Shown: positions 48,807 through 58,721, numbered from the stretch's first letter. The stretch is DNA of 64,000 bases from an uncultured Verrucomicrobia subdivision 3 bacterium (GCA_903918885.1 CAIXFY010000019.1:3924-67923); one strand, 5' to 3'. Numbers and translations: made by a program. The notes: generated by a model not told the origin, from the sequence alone.

Positions 48807-49649
48807 TTAACGCAAATCTTGAGGTTTCACCGCATCCATGTCGTCGAACACCTGATTTTCACCGGCCATGCCCCAGATGAATTTATAATTCCCCGTGCCA
48901 CAGCCGAAGTGCATTGACCAGTTCGGCGACAATGCCACTTCGTCATTATGCAAAAATAAATGCCGCGTCTCCGACGGTTCGCCAAAGAAATGCGAGAGCA
49001 CTTTGTCGCCGAGGTCGAAGTAGAAATAAATTTCCGTGCGCCGCCAATGCGTGTGCGACGGAAAGGAATTCCAAACACTGCCCGGTTCCAGAGCGGTCAA
49101 ACCCATCACGAGCTGGCAGCTTTGGATACCGCCTTGGTGGATAAATTTATAAATCGTCCGTTGATTGGCCGTCTCCACCGCACCAAGTTTTACCGGCGTG
49201 GCTTCGGCGGATTTCATCAGGCGCGCGGCATGCGCGGCATGCGCGGGACAGGAGAGAAAGTAAAACTTCGCCGGGTTTTTCGCGTCATCGCTGATGAAGG
49301 AAACGGATTTCGTTCCCAGCGGCAAATAAACGCAATCCAATTTTTCCAGCGAAAACGTTGCGCTGTCGGCAATCACCTTTCCCGCGCCACCGACATTGAT
49401 GGCACCCAACTCACGATGCTCGAGGAAAAATGCGCGGCCCGTTTCCTTGTGGTTCGGTAACTCAATGGCTTTGGCCATCGGCATCACGCCGCCGACCACC
49501 AGACGATCAAGGTCAGTGAAGTGCCCGGTGATTTCGCCCGGAACAAATAAATTATTAATAGCAAACGTATCGCGCAATTCCTGGGTGGACATTCCGACGA
49601 GGTCTTGCGGACGCGGCGTGCGGCGAATGGCATCTTGTATCATGTCCAC
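48807..49649 (-). CDS. kduI: 5-dehydro-4-deoxy-D-glucuronate isomerase
   Basis: It shows strong collinear similarity to E. coli KduI as I recall it (FLEHRELGAINVGG, HTHWRRTEIYFYF, FIWGMAGENQVFDDMD...DLR). Confidence 0.9.
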   Translation of the reverse strand: MDMIQDAIRRTPRPQDLVGMSTQELRDTFAINNLFVPGEITGHFTDLDRLVVGGVMPMAKAIELPNHKETGRAFFLEHRELGAINVGGAGKVIADSATFSLEKLDCVYLPLGTKSVSFISDDAKNPAKFYFLSCPAHAAHAARLMKSAEATPVKLGAVETANQRTIYKFIHQGGIQSCQLVMGLTALEPGSVWNSFPSHTHWRRTEIYFYFDLGDKVLSHFFGEPSETRHLFLHNDEVALSPNWSMHFGCGTGNYKFIWGMAGENQVFDDMDAVKPQDLR

Positions 49650-49721
49650 AGTTTGACAGAAGGCACAGCTTCGGACAAGGGTTGGGACATTTTACCCATG
49701 AACCACCTCGGACCGGCAAAA

Positions 49722-50597
49722 TTATTTTTTAATGCCCAGCGCCCACTCGATGCCGCCGAGAATGTGCGCCTGATACGCCTTTGCAATCTCTGGAGAATTT
49801 TTGCGGTCCTTCAAATTCGGATTGGCATCAATGATGTCCTCGCGATGACCGAGCGAGGTGTAGAAGACTTTGCCGTCGCCAAAGGGCTTGCACCAGCTCA
49901 CGGGGAAATGTCCGGCCTGTTCCTTGTGTTCCGGATGTTTGTCCATGATGAGCAGGTCGTGGACTTTCGTCGCGTCGTAATTCTTGAACTGGTAAATTTC
50001 TTCCTGCTGGAGCGTCCAAGTTTGGCCGAGGTGCGCGGTGGCCGGATTGGCGGAATCCTGATTCAAGCAATCCACGCTGACCTGCGAACCGTGATGCGCG
50101 AATTCACCACCAAGCATGGCGATAAATTCCGGGAAGCCATGAAACGTGTCACTGGCCGCATGAATGCCGACGAACGCGTGGCCGGCCTTGATCCAGTCGA
50201 GAAAACCCTGTTTGTCCGGCAGCGGCAAGTCGCCGGTCGTGCTGGCGAAAACCACACCGTCATAACTTTTTAGATTCGCGGGCGAAAGTTTTTCCAACTC
50301 GCGTTTCAACGTGATTTCCCATTTTCCCTCGGCGTCATTGTAGGCGGCTTTTTCCTCGGCGGTGGCACCTTTTTTCAACTTGTCCGGTTTGCCCGGCGGC
50401 TGCTGCACCAAATCCACGGTGAACTCACCACTGTCTTGGCCAAGTTGAGTGATGATTTTTTCCAGCGTGGGAATGGAACTGTGTCGGAAACCGGTGGTCG
50501 TGGTAACGACGAGCAGTTTTTTGGGTTCAGCGTGCAGCGAAGTCACCGCGAGCGCGGCGACGAGGAGGGTGGCGAGGATTTTCATTTTATTGTTCAA
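49722..50597 (-). CDS. exported ThuA-domain protein
   Basis: The signal peptide is MKILATLLVAALAVTSLHA. VVTTTTGFRHSSIP and the later HAASDTF...GGEFAHHG are typical of the ThuA (trehalose utilisation) family. Confidence 0.8.
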   Translation of the reverse strand: MNNKMKILATLLVAALAVTSLHAEPKKLLVVTTTTGFRHSSIPTLEKIITQLGQDSGEFTVDLVQQPPGKPDKLKKGATAEEKAAYNDAEGKWEITLKRELEKLSPANLKSYDGVVFASTTGDLPLPDKQGFLDWIKAGHAFVGIHAASDTFHGFPEFIAMLGGEFAHHGSQVSVDCLNQDSANPATAHLGQTWTLQQEEIYQFKNYDATKVHDLLIMDKHPEHKEQAGHFPVSWCKPFGDGKVFYTSLGHREDIIDANPNLKDRKNSPEIAKAYQAHILGGIEWALGIKK

Positions 50598-50618
50598 TCA
50601 TTTTGGTTTCGGAATGTT

Positions 50619-51310
50619 TCACTCAATCGGCTTGATCTTGAGATTGCGGAAATGGGTCGGAATGCCGCCGTGCGCGCCTTGCAAACCGATGAAGCCCTTG
50701 GTCGCCATGGTGGACATGGGAAGTGGCATCCAAGCGGGGATGTCGCTGCCATCGGGATTCTTACTTCCGGATTTCCAGTCCTGCAGGTTGGCGTCGGTCA
50801 TTAATTTGCCGTTCAGCAGCACCGAGATGGTTTGGCCTTGGCAGCGGAGGGTCATCCGATCCATTCTCCCGGCGGCTTGACGGCGGTTGCCATGGGCACG
50901 GAATGGCCGAAAATACCGGCACATTTTTGGTTCGGCGGAAGGCTGGTCCACTTTGGCCCGGCATCATCCAGAAGCTGAATTTCCACGGTGTTTTTAACCC
51001 AGCTCTTGCCGGTGTCTGTGCTGTAAATAAACACGCCGCTATTACTGTTGGTTTCCAGCTTGAACTCCAGATCGAGCATGAAGTTTTCATACTGCTGCTT
51101 CGTCCAGATCGACCCATCTTTGCCTTGGGATGAAAGCACGCCGTCTTTCCACGCCCAACTGCGCGGTGAATACGCGGCATTGGAAAAATCCGCCGCAAAC
51201 AAATCGGCCCACCCCGTCGTATCGGGATGCGTTTTCAGGGCGTCCGCTGCCGGCGTTGCCGGAGCGATGGCCGCCAGTCCGATGGCGATGGCGAGGATGA
51301 TTTTTTTCAT
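50619..51310 (-). pseudogene. DUF1080 (3-keto-disaccharide hydrolase-like) gene interrupted by a 1-nt frameshift
   Basis: ORF 50852-51310 ends ...VKPPGEWIG*. ORF 50619-50951 continues in another frame as (D)RMTLRCQGQTISVLLNGKLM...IGLQGAHGGIPTHFRNLKIKPIE. Restoring one base near 50859-50861 (AT to AAT) gives the canonical PGEWNRMTL junction. Confidence 0.7.
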
Positions 51311-51329
51311 GAAAATATTTTACGCCTTT

Positions 51330-52163
51330 TCAAGGTTCATTCACCAGCGGCACGGAACGCACCCAGAGGTTGCGGAAGGAAACGGAATTGTGGTGGTATT
51401 GCAGGGCAATCGGACCGGTCGGGTCGTGAGAGGTATATTTGCCCACCGTGCGGTGGTTGGTGTCGCCGCGGATGGCCTGATGGTTCTGCACCACCACGCC
51501 GTTGAGAATCACGGTCACGTAGGCTGGCGTCGTCAATTTGCCGTCGGCGTCAAAATGCGGCGTAGTGAAAATAATGTCGTAAGTTTCCCATTCGCCGGGC
51601 GGACGACAGGCGTTGGCCAACGGCGGATGCTGACCGTAAATTCCGCCGGTGGTGCCGTCCGGGTAAGTTTTGTTGTCAAAGCAATCGAGCACCTGAATTT
51701 CGTAACGCCCCATCAAATACACGCCGCTGTTGCCGCGGCTCTGGCCACTGTCCGGCGGGGGCGTCGGTTCGCGGAATTCCAAATGCAACTGGAGGTCGCC
51801 GAAATTCTTCTCCGTCACGATGTCGCCCTTGGCGGAAACCGCGACGCCGTCAACCACCGACCATTGCGCCGCGCCGCCGGTCGCTTTATCGCGCCACTGC
51901 GATAAATCTTTGCCGTCAAATAACACGATCGCGTCGCTCGGAGCCACCGCGAGTTGGCTGAAGTTGCTGGTCGTCACCACCGGCGGCTGCGGGCGCGCGG
52001 GATCGTGAACGTGCCACAGACCGTCTGGCTCCATCGGCGTGTCCTGATAGCCGCGGACGCCGTTGATCTCAATCTCTTTAGCTTTGGGTTTCTTCGCGGT
52101 TTGGGACAGGGCGAGGTTGGTGGCGGCGACCGCAATGGCGGCAGCGAGAATAAGTTTGTTCAT
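51330..52163 (-). CDS. exported DUF1080 (3-keto-disaccharide hydrolase-like) protein
   Basis: It has a signal peptide, FDGKDLSQWR near the N-terminus, GEWETYDIIF, GPIALQYHHNSVSFRNLWVR at the C-terminus, and an intact frame. Confidence 0.8.
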   Translation of the reverse strand: MNKLILAAAIAVAATNLALSQTAKKPKAKEIEINGVRGYQDTPMEPDGLWHVHDPARPQPPVVTTSNFSQLAVAPSDAIVLFDGKDLSQWRDKATGGAAQWSVVDGVAVSAKGDIVTEKNFGDLQLHLEFREPTPPPDSGQSRGNSGVYLMGRYEIQVLDCFDNKTYPDGTTGGIYGQHPPLANACRPPGEWETYDIIFTTPHFDADGKLTTPAYVTVILNGVVVQNHQAIRGDTNHRTVGKYTSHDPTGPIALQYHHNSVSFRNLWVRSVPLVNEP

Positions 52164-52194
52164 GTTGACGATAATCGGTCAGGCGGTTGCTAAA

Positions 52195-53355
52195 TTAAAT
52201 CTTCGGAAACTTGATCCATTTGCCAGACGCGGCGGACTTCACGCAGGTTTCAATAAACGCCATGCCTTCCACGCCATCGTCCACCGTGGGATGATCGAAC
52301 GAACCTTTCTTTCCTTCGATGCTCGCGCGAATCGCCGCGACCGCTTCCAGATAAATGTTCGCGAACGCCTCGATGAACGCCTCCGGATGACCGAACGGCA
52401 GGCGCGTAAATTTTTTCGCCACATCGGAAACGTAGCCGTTGCCGCGGCGGAGGATGCGCGCCGGTTCGCCCTTGGGCGTGAACTTCAGTTCATTCGGATG
52501 TTCCTGCTGCCACGCGAGCGAACCCAGCGTGCCGTAGACGCGGATGTTTAAATTATTTTCCTCGCCGCAGGAAATTTGCGAGCAATGCAGCACGCCCTTC
52601 GCGCCGCCTTGGTAACGAATCAACATATTCGCATCGTCCTCCAGTTTGCGGCCGGGAATGAAGCTCGTGAACTCCGCGCACAGTTCGTCAATCTGCAAGC
52701 CGGTGATGTAGCGGCCGAGATTTTCCGCGTGCGTGCCGATGTCGCCGACGCAACTACTGGAACCCGCCTTCTTCGGATCCAGCCGCCACGCCGCCTGCTT
52801 CTGGCCTTCAGATTCAATTTTGTCGAGCAACCAACCTTGAGGATATTCGGTCACGATTTTCAAAATTTTTCCGAGCTTGTCCATGCGGACGAGTTCGCGC
52901 GCCTCTTTCACCATAGGATAACCGGTGTAGTTATGGGTAAGCGCAAAAACTTTTCCGCTCTTGCGCACGGCGTCGCGCAAAGTTTTTGCTTCCTTCACGG
53001 TCAACGTCATCGGCTTGTCGCAGACGACATGGAAGCCCGCCTTGAGAAACGTCGTGGCGACGGGCGCGTGGAGAAAGTTCGGCGTGACGATGGCGACGAA
53101 ATCAATCCGCTCATCCGCCGGCAACGCGGCCTCGGCCTTGGCCATCTCTTGATAGCTGCCGTAGACACGCTTGGGGTTGAGGAAAAGTTGTTCGCCTGTC
53201 GTCTGCGAATTTTTTGCATCGGACGAAAAAGCGCCCGCGACGAGTTCGATTTGACCATCCAGGTTTGCGGCCAAGCGATGCACCGCGCCGATGAAAGCGT
53301 TCTGCCCGCCGCCGACCATGCCGTAACGAAGTTTGCGTTTCATAAACTTTTTCAA
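52195..53355 (-). CDS. Gfo/Idh/MocA-family oxidoreductase (cytoplasmic)
   Basis: The Rossmann N-terminus is LRYGMVGGGQNAFIGAVH, with the EKP-type motif (VCDKPMT). No signal peptide is present. Confidence 0.85.
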   Translation of the reverse strand: MKKFMKRKLRYGMVGGGQNAFIGAVHRLAANLDGQIELVAGAFSSDAKNSQTTGEQLFLNPKRVYGSYQEMAKAEAALPADERIDFVAIVTPNFLHAPVATTFLKAGFHVVCDKPMTLTVKEAKTLRDAVRKSGKVFALTHNYTGYPMVKEARELVRMDKLGKILKIVTEYPQGWLLDKIESEGQKQAAWRLDPKKAGSSSCVGDIGTHAENLGRYITGLQIDELCAEFTSFIPGRKLEDDANMLIRYQGGAKGVLHCSQISCGEENNLNIRVYGTLGSLAWQQEHPNELKFTPKGEPARILRRGNGYVSDVAKKFTRLPFGHPEAFIEAFANIYLEAVAAIRASIEGKKGSFDHPTVDDGVEGMAFIETCVKSAASGKWIKFPKI

Positions 53356-53365
53356 AAGACTTTTA

Positions 53366-53421
53366 CCACCGAGGCACAGAGGTCACAGAGCAATTCCTCT
53401 GTGCGCTCTGTGGCTCTGTGG
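53366..53421. repeat. intergenic hairpin built from tandem CACAGAG(G) octamers (family B)
   Basis: The arms are CCACCGAGGCACAGAGGTCACAGAG (53366-53390) and CTCTGTGCGCTCTGTGGCTCTGTGG (53397-53421). They pair at 21/25 positions with a 6-nt loop. The hairpin sits directly after the TAG of the upstream minus-strand gene and 10 nt before the next start. Confidence 0.75.
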
Positions 53422-54459
53422 CTAATTTTTTTTCTTCGAGAACGCCGCGTCGAACGCCGCTCGGTTGGGCGCAAAGTCTAGTTTGCGCACGAACGAGCAA
53501 CTCTCGGTCGCGCCGTGGATGCGATCCATGCGGCCGTCTTCCCATTCCACCGAGAGCGGGCCGCGATAGCCCACGTCGTTCAGCGCGACGATGATCTCTT
53601 CAAAGTTGATGTCGCCGTGGCCGAGCGAGCGGAAATCCCAGAAGCGGCGCGGATCGGTGAAATCCGTGTGGCCGCCGAACACGCCCACCGTGCCGTCGCC
53701 GTGGCCCCACCACACGTCCTTCATGTGCGCGTGGAAAATGCGGTCGCTGAATTCGCGGATGAACTTCACATAGTTCACGCCCTGATAACCGAGGTGCGAC
53801 GGATCGTAATTGAATCCAAATCGCGGATGATTTTTGACGGCTTCGAGCGCACGCTTGGCGGAGGCGATGTCGAACGCGATTTCCGTGGGATGAACTTCGA
53901 GCGCGAAGTTGACGTTGTGCTTATCAAACTCGTCGAGGATTGGTGTCCAGCGCTTGGCGAAATCGGCAAAACCTTTGTTCAAGAAATCCTGGCTCGTCGG
54001 CGGGAAGGCGTAGAGCGCGTGCCAGATGCTGGAACCAGTGAAGCCATTCACGACAGCGGTTTCACCTTTCTTCACGCCGGGCTTAGCGTCGAAAAATTTC
54101 CGAGCCGCCTTCGCAGTGAGTTTCATTTTCTCGGCAGCACGTTGGCGGACGCCTTCGGGTTTGCCATCGCCCCAGACATCGGCGGGGAGGATGGCTTGGT
54201 GACGTTCGTCGATCAGATCGCAGATGGCCTGGCCGACGAGGTGCGAGGAAATCGCGTGGCAAGTCAGGCCGTGCTTGGCGAGCAGCGCCCATTTCTTTTT
54301 GCAGTAATCCGGTTCGGCCAGCGCGCGGTCCACTTCAAAGTGGTCGCCCCAGCAGGCGAGTTCGACGCCGTTGTAACCCATTTTTTTTACGAGCGGGAGA
54401 AGTTGCGCGAGGGAAAGATCGGCCCATTGGCCGGTGAAGAGGGTGACGGTGCGTGGCAT
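53422..54459 (-). CDS. xylose-isomerase-like TIM-barrel protein (sugar phosphate isomerase/epimerase family), cytoplasmic
   Basis: Likely start [15 protein letters not shown] (ATG 54459). [25 protein letters not shown] and the HAHMKD metal-ligand-like motifs are typical of the AP_endonuc_2 fold. Confidence 0.8.
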   Translation of the reverse strand: MPRTVTLFTGQWADLSLAQLLPLVKKMGYNGVELACWGDHFEVDRALAEPDYCKKKWALLAKHGLTCHAISSHLVGQAICDLIDERHQAILPADVWGDGKPEGVRQRAAEKMKLTAKAARKFFDAKPGVKKGETAVVNGFTGSSIWHALYAFPPTSQDFLNKGFADFAKRWTPILDEFDKHNVNFALEVHPTEIAFDIASAKRALEAVKNHPRFGFNYDPSHLGYQGVNYVKFIREFSDRIFHAHMKDVWWGHGDGTVGVFGGHTDFTDPRRFWDFRSLGHGDINFEEIIVALNDVGYRGPLSVEWEDGRMDRIHGATESCSFVRKLDFAPNRAAFDAAFSKKKN

Positions 54460-54675
54460 AAATGTGTGAATGAATTTGTCCGGCGATTTTGCCAAGCATT
54501 GTGCGCAGGTCAAGAGCTACCCAAGGAATTATTTCAAACGACTGGAAGGCGTAGCTGAAAGAATAAATTGAAACCTGCGCACACCTTTGGTCGTCTCAAT
54601 GCGCGTGTCGGCCAACCATGAATTTACAGGATTGCGCTATTACTAAAGATTGCTCATTATTTCGGGCATCAAATC

Positions 54676-56130
54676 ATGAATAAAAAAAATTCAAATAAGC
54701 GCTTTGACTCTGTCAGTCGTCGGCATTTCCTCCAGACCGCTGGCGCGGCGTTGGTTTTGCCGCTTATTCTTCCCGGTTGCGCCACCGGGTCGGCGCGCCG
54801 TCCGCGCACATCCAACCGCATCACGCTCGGCGTCATCGGCTGGGGTATGCAGGGGCCGAACAACACCAAAAATTTTCTCGCCCAACAAGATTGTCAGGTG
54901 GTTGCCGCTTGCGACCTCGACAAAAATCGTCTGGCCAGCGCCGTCAACACCATCAACGAGCATTACGAAAATAAGGATTGCGCGGCCTATCACGACTACC
55001 GCGAATTGCTGGCGCGCGAGGACATTGATGCCGTGATGATTGCGGTGCCGGATCACTGGCATGAACTGGTGGCCACCGAAGCCGCCCGCCGCAAAAAGGA
55101 TATTTACGGCGAGAAGCCGCTGGCGAAAACAATTGCGGAACAGCAGGCCATCGTCCGCGCGGTGCAGCAAAACAAAATCATCTGGCAGACCGGTTCGTGG
55201 CAGCGCTCGGTGGCTAATTTCCACAAGGGGGCGGAAATCGTGCGCAACGGCTTGATCGGCAAAGTCACCCATGTGGAAGTCGGTTTGCCAAAAGGTTTCG
55301 GCGACTTTTCCCACTCCAAAGCCGTGACCGGACTTCTGCAAAAGCTCGGCCAGAAGGACAAGGAATTTCTCGGCACGGTTCTCCCCGGTTCACCGGAATG
55401 GGAAAAAGCCGTTTCCAAACACCCGCCGGAGCTTGATTTTGAAACTTGGATCGGGCCATCCAAAATGGAGCCTTACATTCAGGCGCGCGTCCACGGAAAC
55501 TGGCGCTGGAATTACAACACCGGCGGCGGACAATTACTCGACTGGGTGGGTCACCATGTGGACATCGCCCACTGGGGCTTGGGCTTCGACACTTCCGGCC
55601 CTTCGGAAATCGAGGGACACGGCGAATTTCCCAACCCGAAAGCGCTTTGGAACACCTGCACCAAATATCGCATCGAATTGAAATATCCCGAGGGCATCAC
55701 CATGACCATTGCCGGCGGCCATGACGATATCAAGAGCGGGACGAAATGGATTGGCACTGACGGCTGGGTCTGGGTCAATCGTAGTTCGGAAAGCGACGAC
55801 AAGAAAACCAAAGAGGAGCGAGTCGGATTTGACTGTTCCAATCCGGCCTGGAAAACCGGTAAGGATCTGGCGGAAGAATTTCGCAAAGTGAAGCTTTACG
55901 AATCCAAAAACCATTCCCGAAATTTTCTCGACTGCGTTAAATCACGCCAGCCCACCATTACTCCCGTGGAAACCGCCCATCACTCCGCCATCCCCGGACA
56001 TCTCGGTTTGATTGCCATGCTCACGGGACGAAAAATCCAGTGGGACAATGCCACCGAAACGATTCTTGGCGACGGCGAAGCCTCCAAATTATTGAGCCGC
56101 GAATACCGCGCGCCGTGGCGCATGGCCTGA
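54676..56130 (+). CDS. Tat-exported Gfo/Idh/MocA-family oxidoreductase
   Basis: It has the twin-arginine leader SRRHFLQTAGAALVLPLILPGC, the Rossmann motif ITLGVIGWGMQG and GEKPLA. Confidence 0.85.
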   Translation: MNKKNSNKRFDSVSRRHFLQTAGAALVLPLILPGCATGSARRPRTSNRITLGVIGWGMQGPNNTKNFLAQQDCQVVAACDLDKNRLASAVNTINEHYENKDCAAYHDYRELLAREDIDAVMIAVPDHWHELVATEAARRKKDIYGEKPLAKTIAEQQAIVRAVQQNKIIWQTGSWQRSVANFHKGAEIVRNGLIGKVTHVEVGLPKGFGDFSHSKAVTGLLQKLGQKDKEFLGTVLPGSPEWEKAVSKHPPELDFETWIGPSKMEPYIQARVHGNWRWNYNTGGGQLLDWVGHHVDIAHWGLGFDTSGPSEIEGHGEFPNPKALWNTCTKYRIELKYPEGITMTIAGGHDDIKSGTKWIGTDGWVWVNRSSESDDKKTKEERVGFDCSNPAWKTGKDLAEEFRKVKLYESKNHSRNFLDCVKSRQPTITPVETAHHSAIPGHLGLIAMLTGRKIQWDNATETILGDGEASKLLSREYRAPWRMA

Positions 56131-56174
56131 ACTTTTCAAAGCCGTTTAGATTTGATTTACTCATCGCATTTCAC

Positions 56175-56714
56175 ATGAACGACACGAACGAAACCAAGAC
56201 TTCCGAAAAATGCTGCGGCAACTGCGATCACTCGCTTGCCTTTCTCCTCCTACGCGGCTGGCTCGCGGTGCGCGCCATCCTGACCGGAATCGAGAAATTC
56301 GGCGCCTACAAATCCGTGCAAAAGCCGTTGCTGGATTCCACCGGCCAGCCCGATGCCAGCGGCGCGCTGATTGACGTGAAAATAAAATTCTACTCGCTCG
56401 CCAATTACTCCGGCATCCCGTCGGCGTTGAAAGGCAAGTTCGCCAACGAAGGTTTGTTGCCGCCGTTCGCGCTGAACCTGTTCGACCATCTGCTTGGCCC
56501 GACGTTGATTGCCACCGGCGTCATGCTGTTGCTCGGCCTCGGCACGCGGATTTCGCTGTTCGTGCAGGGCTTGATTTATATCGCGCTGACAGTCGGATTA
56601 ATTTTGATTCATCAGGACGACGGCGTTTCCTGGCTCGGCATCCACATCGCGCTGGTCGCGTTCGCGCTGGTTCTAGCGAAGAATAACAAACTTGCCATCT
56701 GCAAAAAATGGTAA
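56175..56714 (+). CDS. DoxX-like membrane protein with N-terminal CCGNC motif
   Basis: 179 aa from ATG 56175. MNDTNETKTSEKCCGNCDHS is followed by about 4 hydrophobic segments with a long loop. The stop overlaps the start of the next oxidoreductase (56708). The DoxX call is tentative. Confidence 0.55.
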   Translation: MNDTNETKTSEKCCGNCDHSLAFLLLRGWLAVRAILTGIEKFGAYKSVQKPLLDSTGQPDASGALIDVKIKFYSLANYSGIPSALKGKFANEGLLPPFALNLFDHLLGPTLIATGVMLLLGLGTRISLFVQGLIYIALTVGLILIHQDDGVSWLGIHIALVAFALVLAKNNKLAICKKW

Positions 56715-58060
56715 CGAAAATGGCAACGCCCTCCATCAATCGCCGCGAATTCATCGGCGCAACTGCCGCCGCCGGTGCGGGTCTGATTTTGAGTTCATGC
56801 AGCCCGGATTCCGGTTCCAAGTCCGCCGCGAACAAAGCTTCCTCGCTGAACAAAATCAACATTGCACTCATCGGCTGCGGTGCGCAGGGACAGGTGCTGC
56901 TCGAATCGCTGCAAGTCATCGAAGGCATCCGGTTGGTCGCCGTCGCGGACATCTGGGATTACAATCGCAACAGCAATGTTCGCCGCCTGAAGGACAATGG
57001 CTTCGACGTGAAAGGCTATCGCGATTACGAGGAATTGCTCGCGAACGAAAAAGATTTGCAAGCCGTCATCGTCGCCGTCCCGGATTTTTGGCACGCGCCC
57101 GTGACCAACGCCTGTTTGAAGGCTGGCCTACACGTCTATTGCGAAAAAATGATGAGCAATACCATCGAAGGCGCACGTTCGATGGTCGCCACGATGCGCG
57201 AGACCGGAAAACTTTTGCAAATCGGCCACCAGCGGCGCAGCAATCCGCGCTACGTCTTCGCGCTGAACCGGCTCGTCCGCGACGGACAGATTTGCGGTCG
57301 GCTCACTGCCGCGCAGGCGCAGTGGAACCGCGCCGTGACCAACGACCTCGGTTGGCCAAAACATTCTGACCTCAAGCCGGAGGATCTGGCCAAATACGGT
57401 TTCAAGGACATGCACCAATTCCGCAATTGGCGCTGGTTCAAGGGTCTTGGCGGCGGCCCGCTCTCCGACCTCGGCGCGCATCAGATAGACATTTTCAACT
57501 GGTGGTTCGGCGGTCCACCGAAATCCGTCATGGCTACCGGCGGTCTCGACTATTACAAAAACCACGACTGGTATGACAACGCGATGGTGATTTACGAATA
57601 CCCGCTGGCCGAAGACGTGGCGCGCGCGTTTTATCAGGTGCAAACCACCACCAGCGCTGGCGGCGGCTATTTCGAGCAATTCATGGGCGATGAAGGCACG
57701 ATCAAGATGTCCGAAAATCCCAGCATCACTAAAATCTACCGCGAAGACCGCGCCAAATCCTGGGACGAACTCGTGGCGAAAAATTATCTCCGCGCCAGCG
57801 CCACCGCGCCGGTCAGCGACGCCGACAAAGTGGACGTGCGCGAGACTGCGCCGCTTTTGCAATATGACATCCCGGTGAGCTTCACCAAAAAAATCCACCA
57901 ACCGCATTTAGAGAATTTCTTCAACGCCATTCGCGGCACGGCAAAATTAAATTGTCCGGCGGACGAGGCGTTTCGCAGTGAATACGTCATCCACAAGGCC
58001 AACGAAGCCGTCGCCGCGCAAAAAATGATTGCCATCACTCCGCAGGAAACCGAAGCTTGA
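56708..58060 (+). CDS. Tat-exported (possibly lipidated) Gfo/Idh/MocA-family oxidoreductase
   Basis: It has the twin-arginine leader INRREFIGATAAAGAGLILSSC, the Rossmann motif INIALIGCGAQG and CEKMM. Confidence 0.85.
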   Translation: MVTKMATPSINRREFIGATAAAGAGLILSSCSPDSGSKSAANKASSLNKINIALIGCGAQGQVLLESLQVIEGIRLVAVADIWDYNRNSNVRRLKDNGFDVKGYRDYEELLANEKDLQAVIVAVPDFWHAPVTNACLKAGLHVYCEKMMSNTIEGARSMVATMRETGKLLQIGHQRRSNPRYVFALNRLVRDGQICGRLTAAQAQWNRAVTNDLGWPKHSDLKPEDLAKYGFKDMHQFRNWRWFKGLGGGPLSDLGAHQIDIFNWWFGGPPKSVMATGGLDYYKNHDWYDNAMVIYEYPLAEDVARAFYQVQTTTSAGGGYFEQFMGDEGTIKMSENPSITKIYREDRAKSWDELVAKNYLRASATAPVSDADKVDVRETAPLLQYDIPVSFTKKIHQPHLENFFNAIRGTAKLNCPADEAFRSEYVIHKANEAVAAQKMIAITPQETEA

Positions 58061-58075
58061 GCCCCAATTAAATTT

Positions 58076-58714
58076 ATGACCAAATTCATTTTCAATTCCC
58101 TCAGTCTAGTTTTGCTCGCCACGGGCGTGGCCATGGCGCAGGACAAAATTCCCCTTGAGACCAAATTGCCCGACCCGCTGTTCGTCGGCACGCCCGTGCC
58201 GATCAACATTCCCAATCTGGAGCCAAAATTAAAAAAGTTCCCAACTTTTGAAGTTCCCGTCGGCACCGTCAATCTGGCCAAGGGCAAAAAAGTTACGGCG
58301 AGCGATAGCGATCCCGTGGTTGGCACGCTCGATCTGGTGGCCGATGGCGACAAAGCCGGCGACGAAGGTTCGTGGGTGGAACTCAGTCAAGGCAAACAAT
58401 GGGTGCAGATTGACCTCGAAAATGACGCCAATATCTACGCCGTCGTCGTCTGGCATTATCATTCGCAAGAACGCGCCTACCGCGACGTCGTCGTGCAGGT
58501 TTCCGACGACCCGAAATTTGAGAAGGATGTCACCACCATCTACGACAATTCCGCTGCTGGCAAAAATCAGCCCTACGTCGAAAGCTATTTCGGCAAACTG
58601 ATGGATGCGAAAGGCGTGAAAGGGCGCTACGTCCGCCTCTACAGCAACGGCAACACGACGAACAAGATGAACCACTACATCGAAGTCGAAGTGTTCGGCA
58701 AACCGGCGGCCTGA
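58076..58714 (+). CDS. exported F5/8 type C (discoidin) domain protein
   Basis: It has a signal peptide. WVQIDLENDANIYAVVVWHY, YVRLYSNGN and IEVEVFGKP are typical of the discoidin/CBM32-like fold. Confidence 0.75.
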   Translation: MTKFIFNSLSLVLLATGVAMAQDKIPLETKLPDPLFVGTPVPINIPNLEPKLKKFPTFEVPVGTVNLAKGKKVTASDSDPVVGTLDLVADGDKAGDEGSWVELSQGKQWVQIDLENDANIYAVVVWHYHSQERAYRDVVVQVSDDPKFEKDVTTIYDNSAAGKNQPYVESYFGKLMDAKGVKGRYVRLYSNGNTTNKMNHYIEVEVFGKPAA

Positions 58715-58721
58715 AGAAAAT

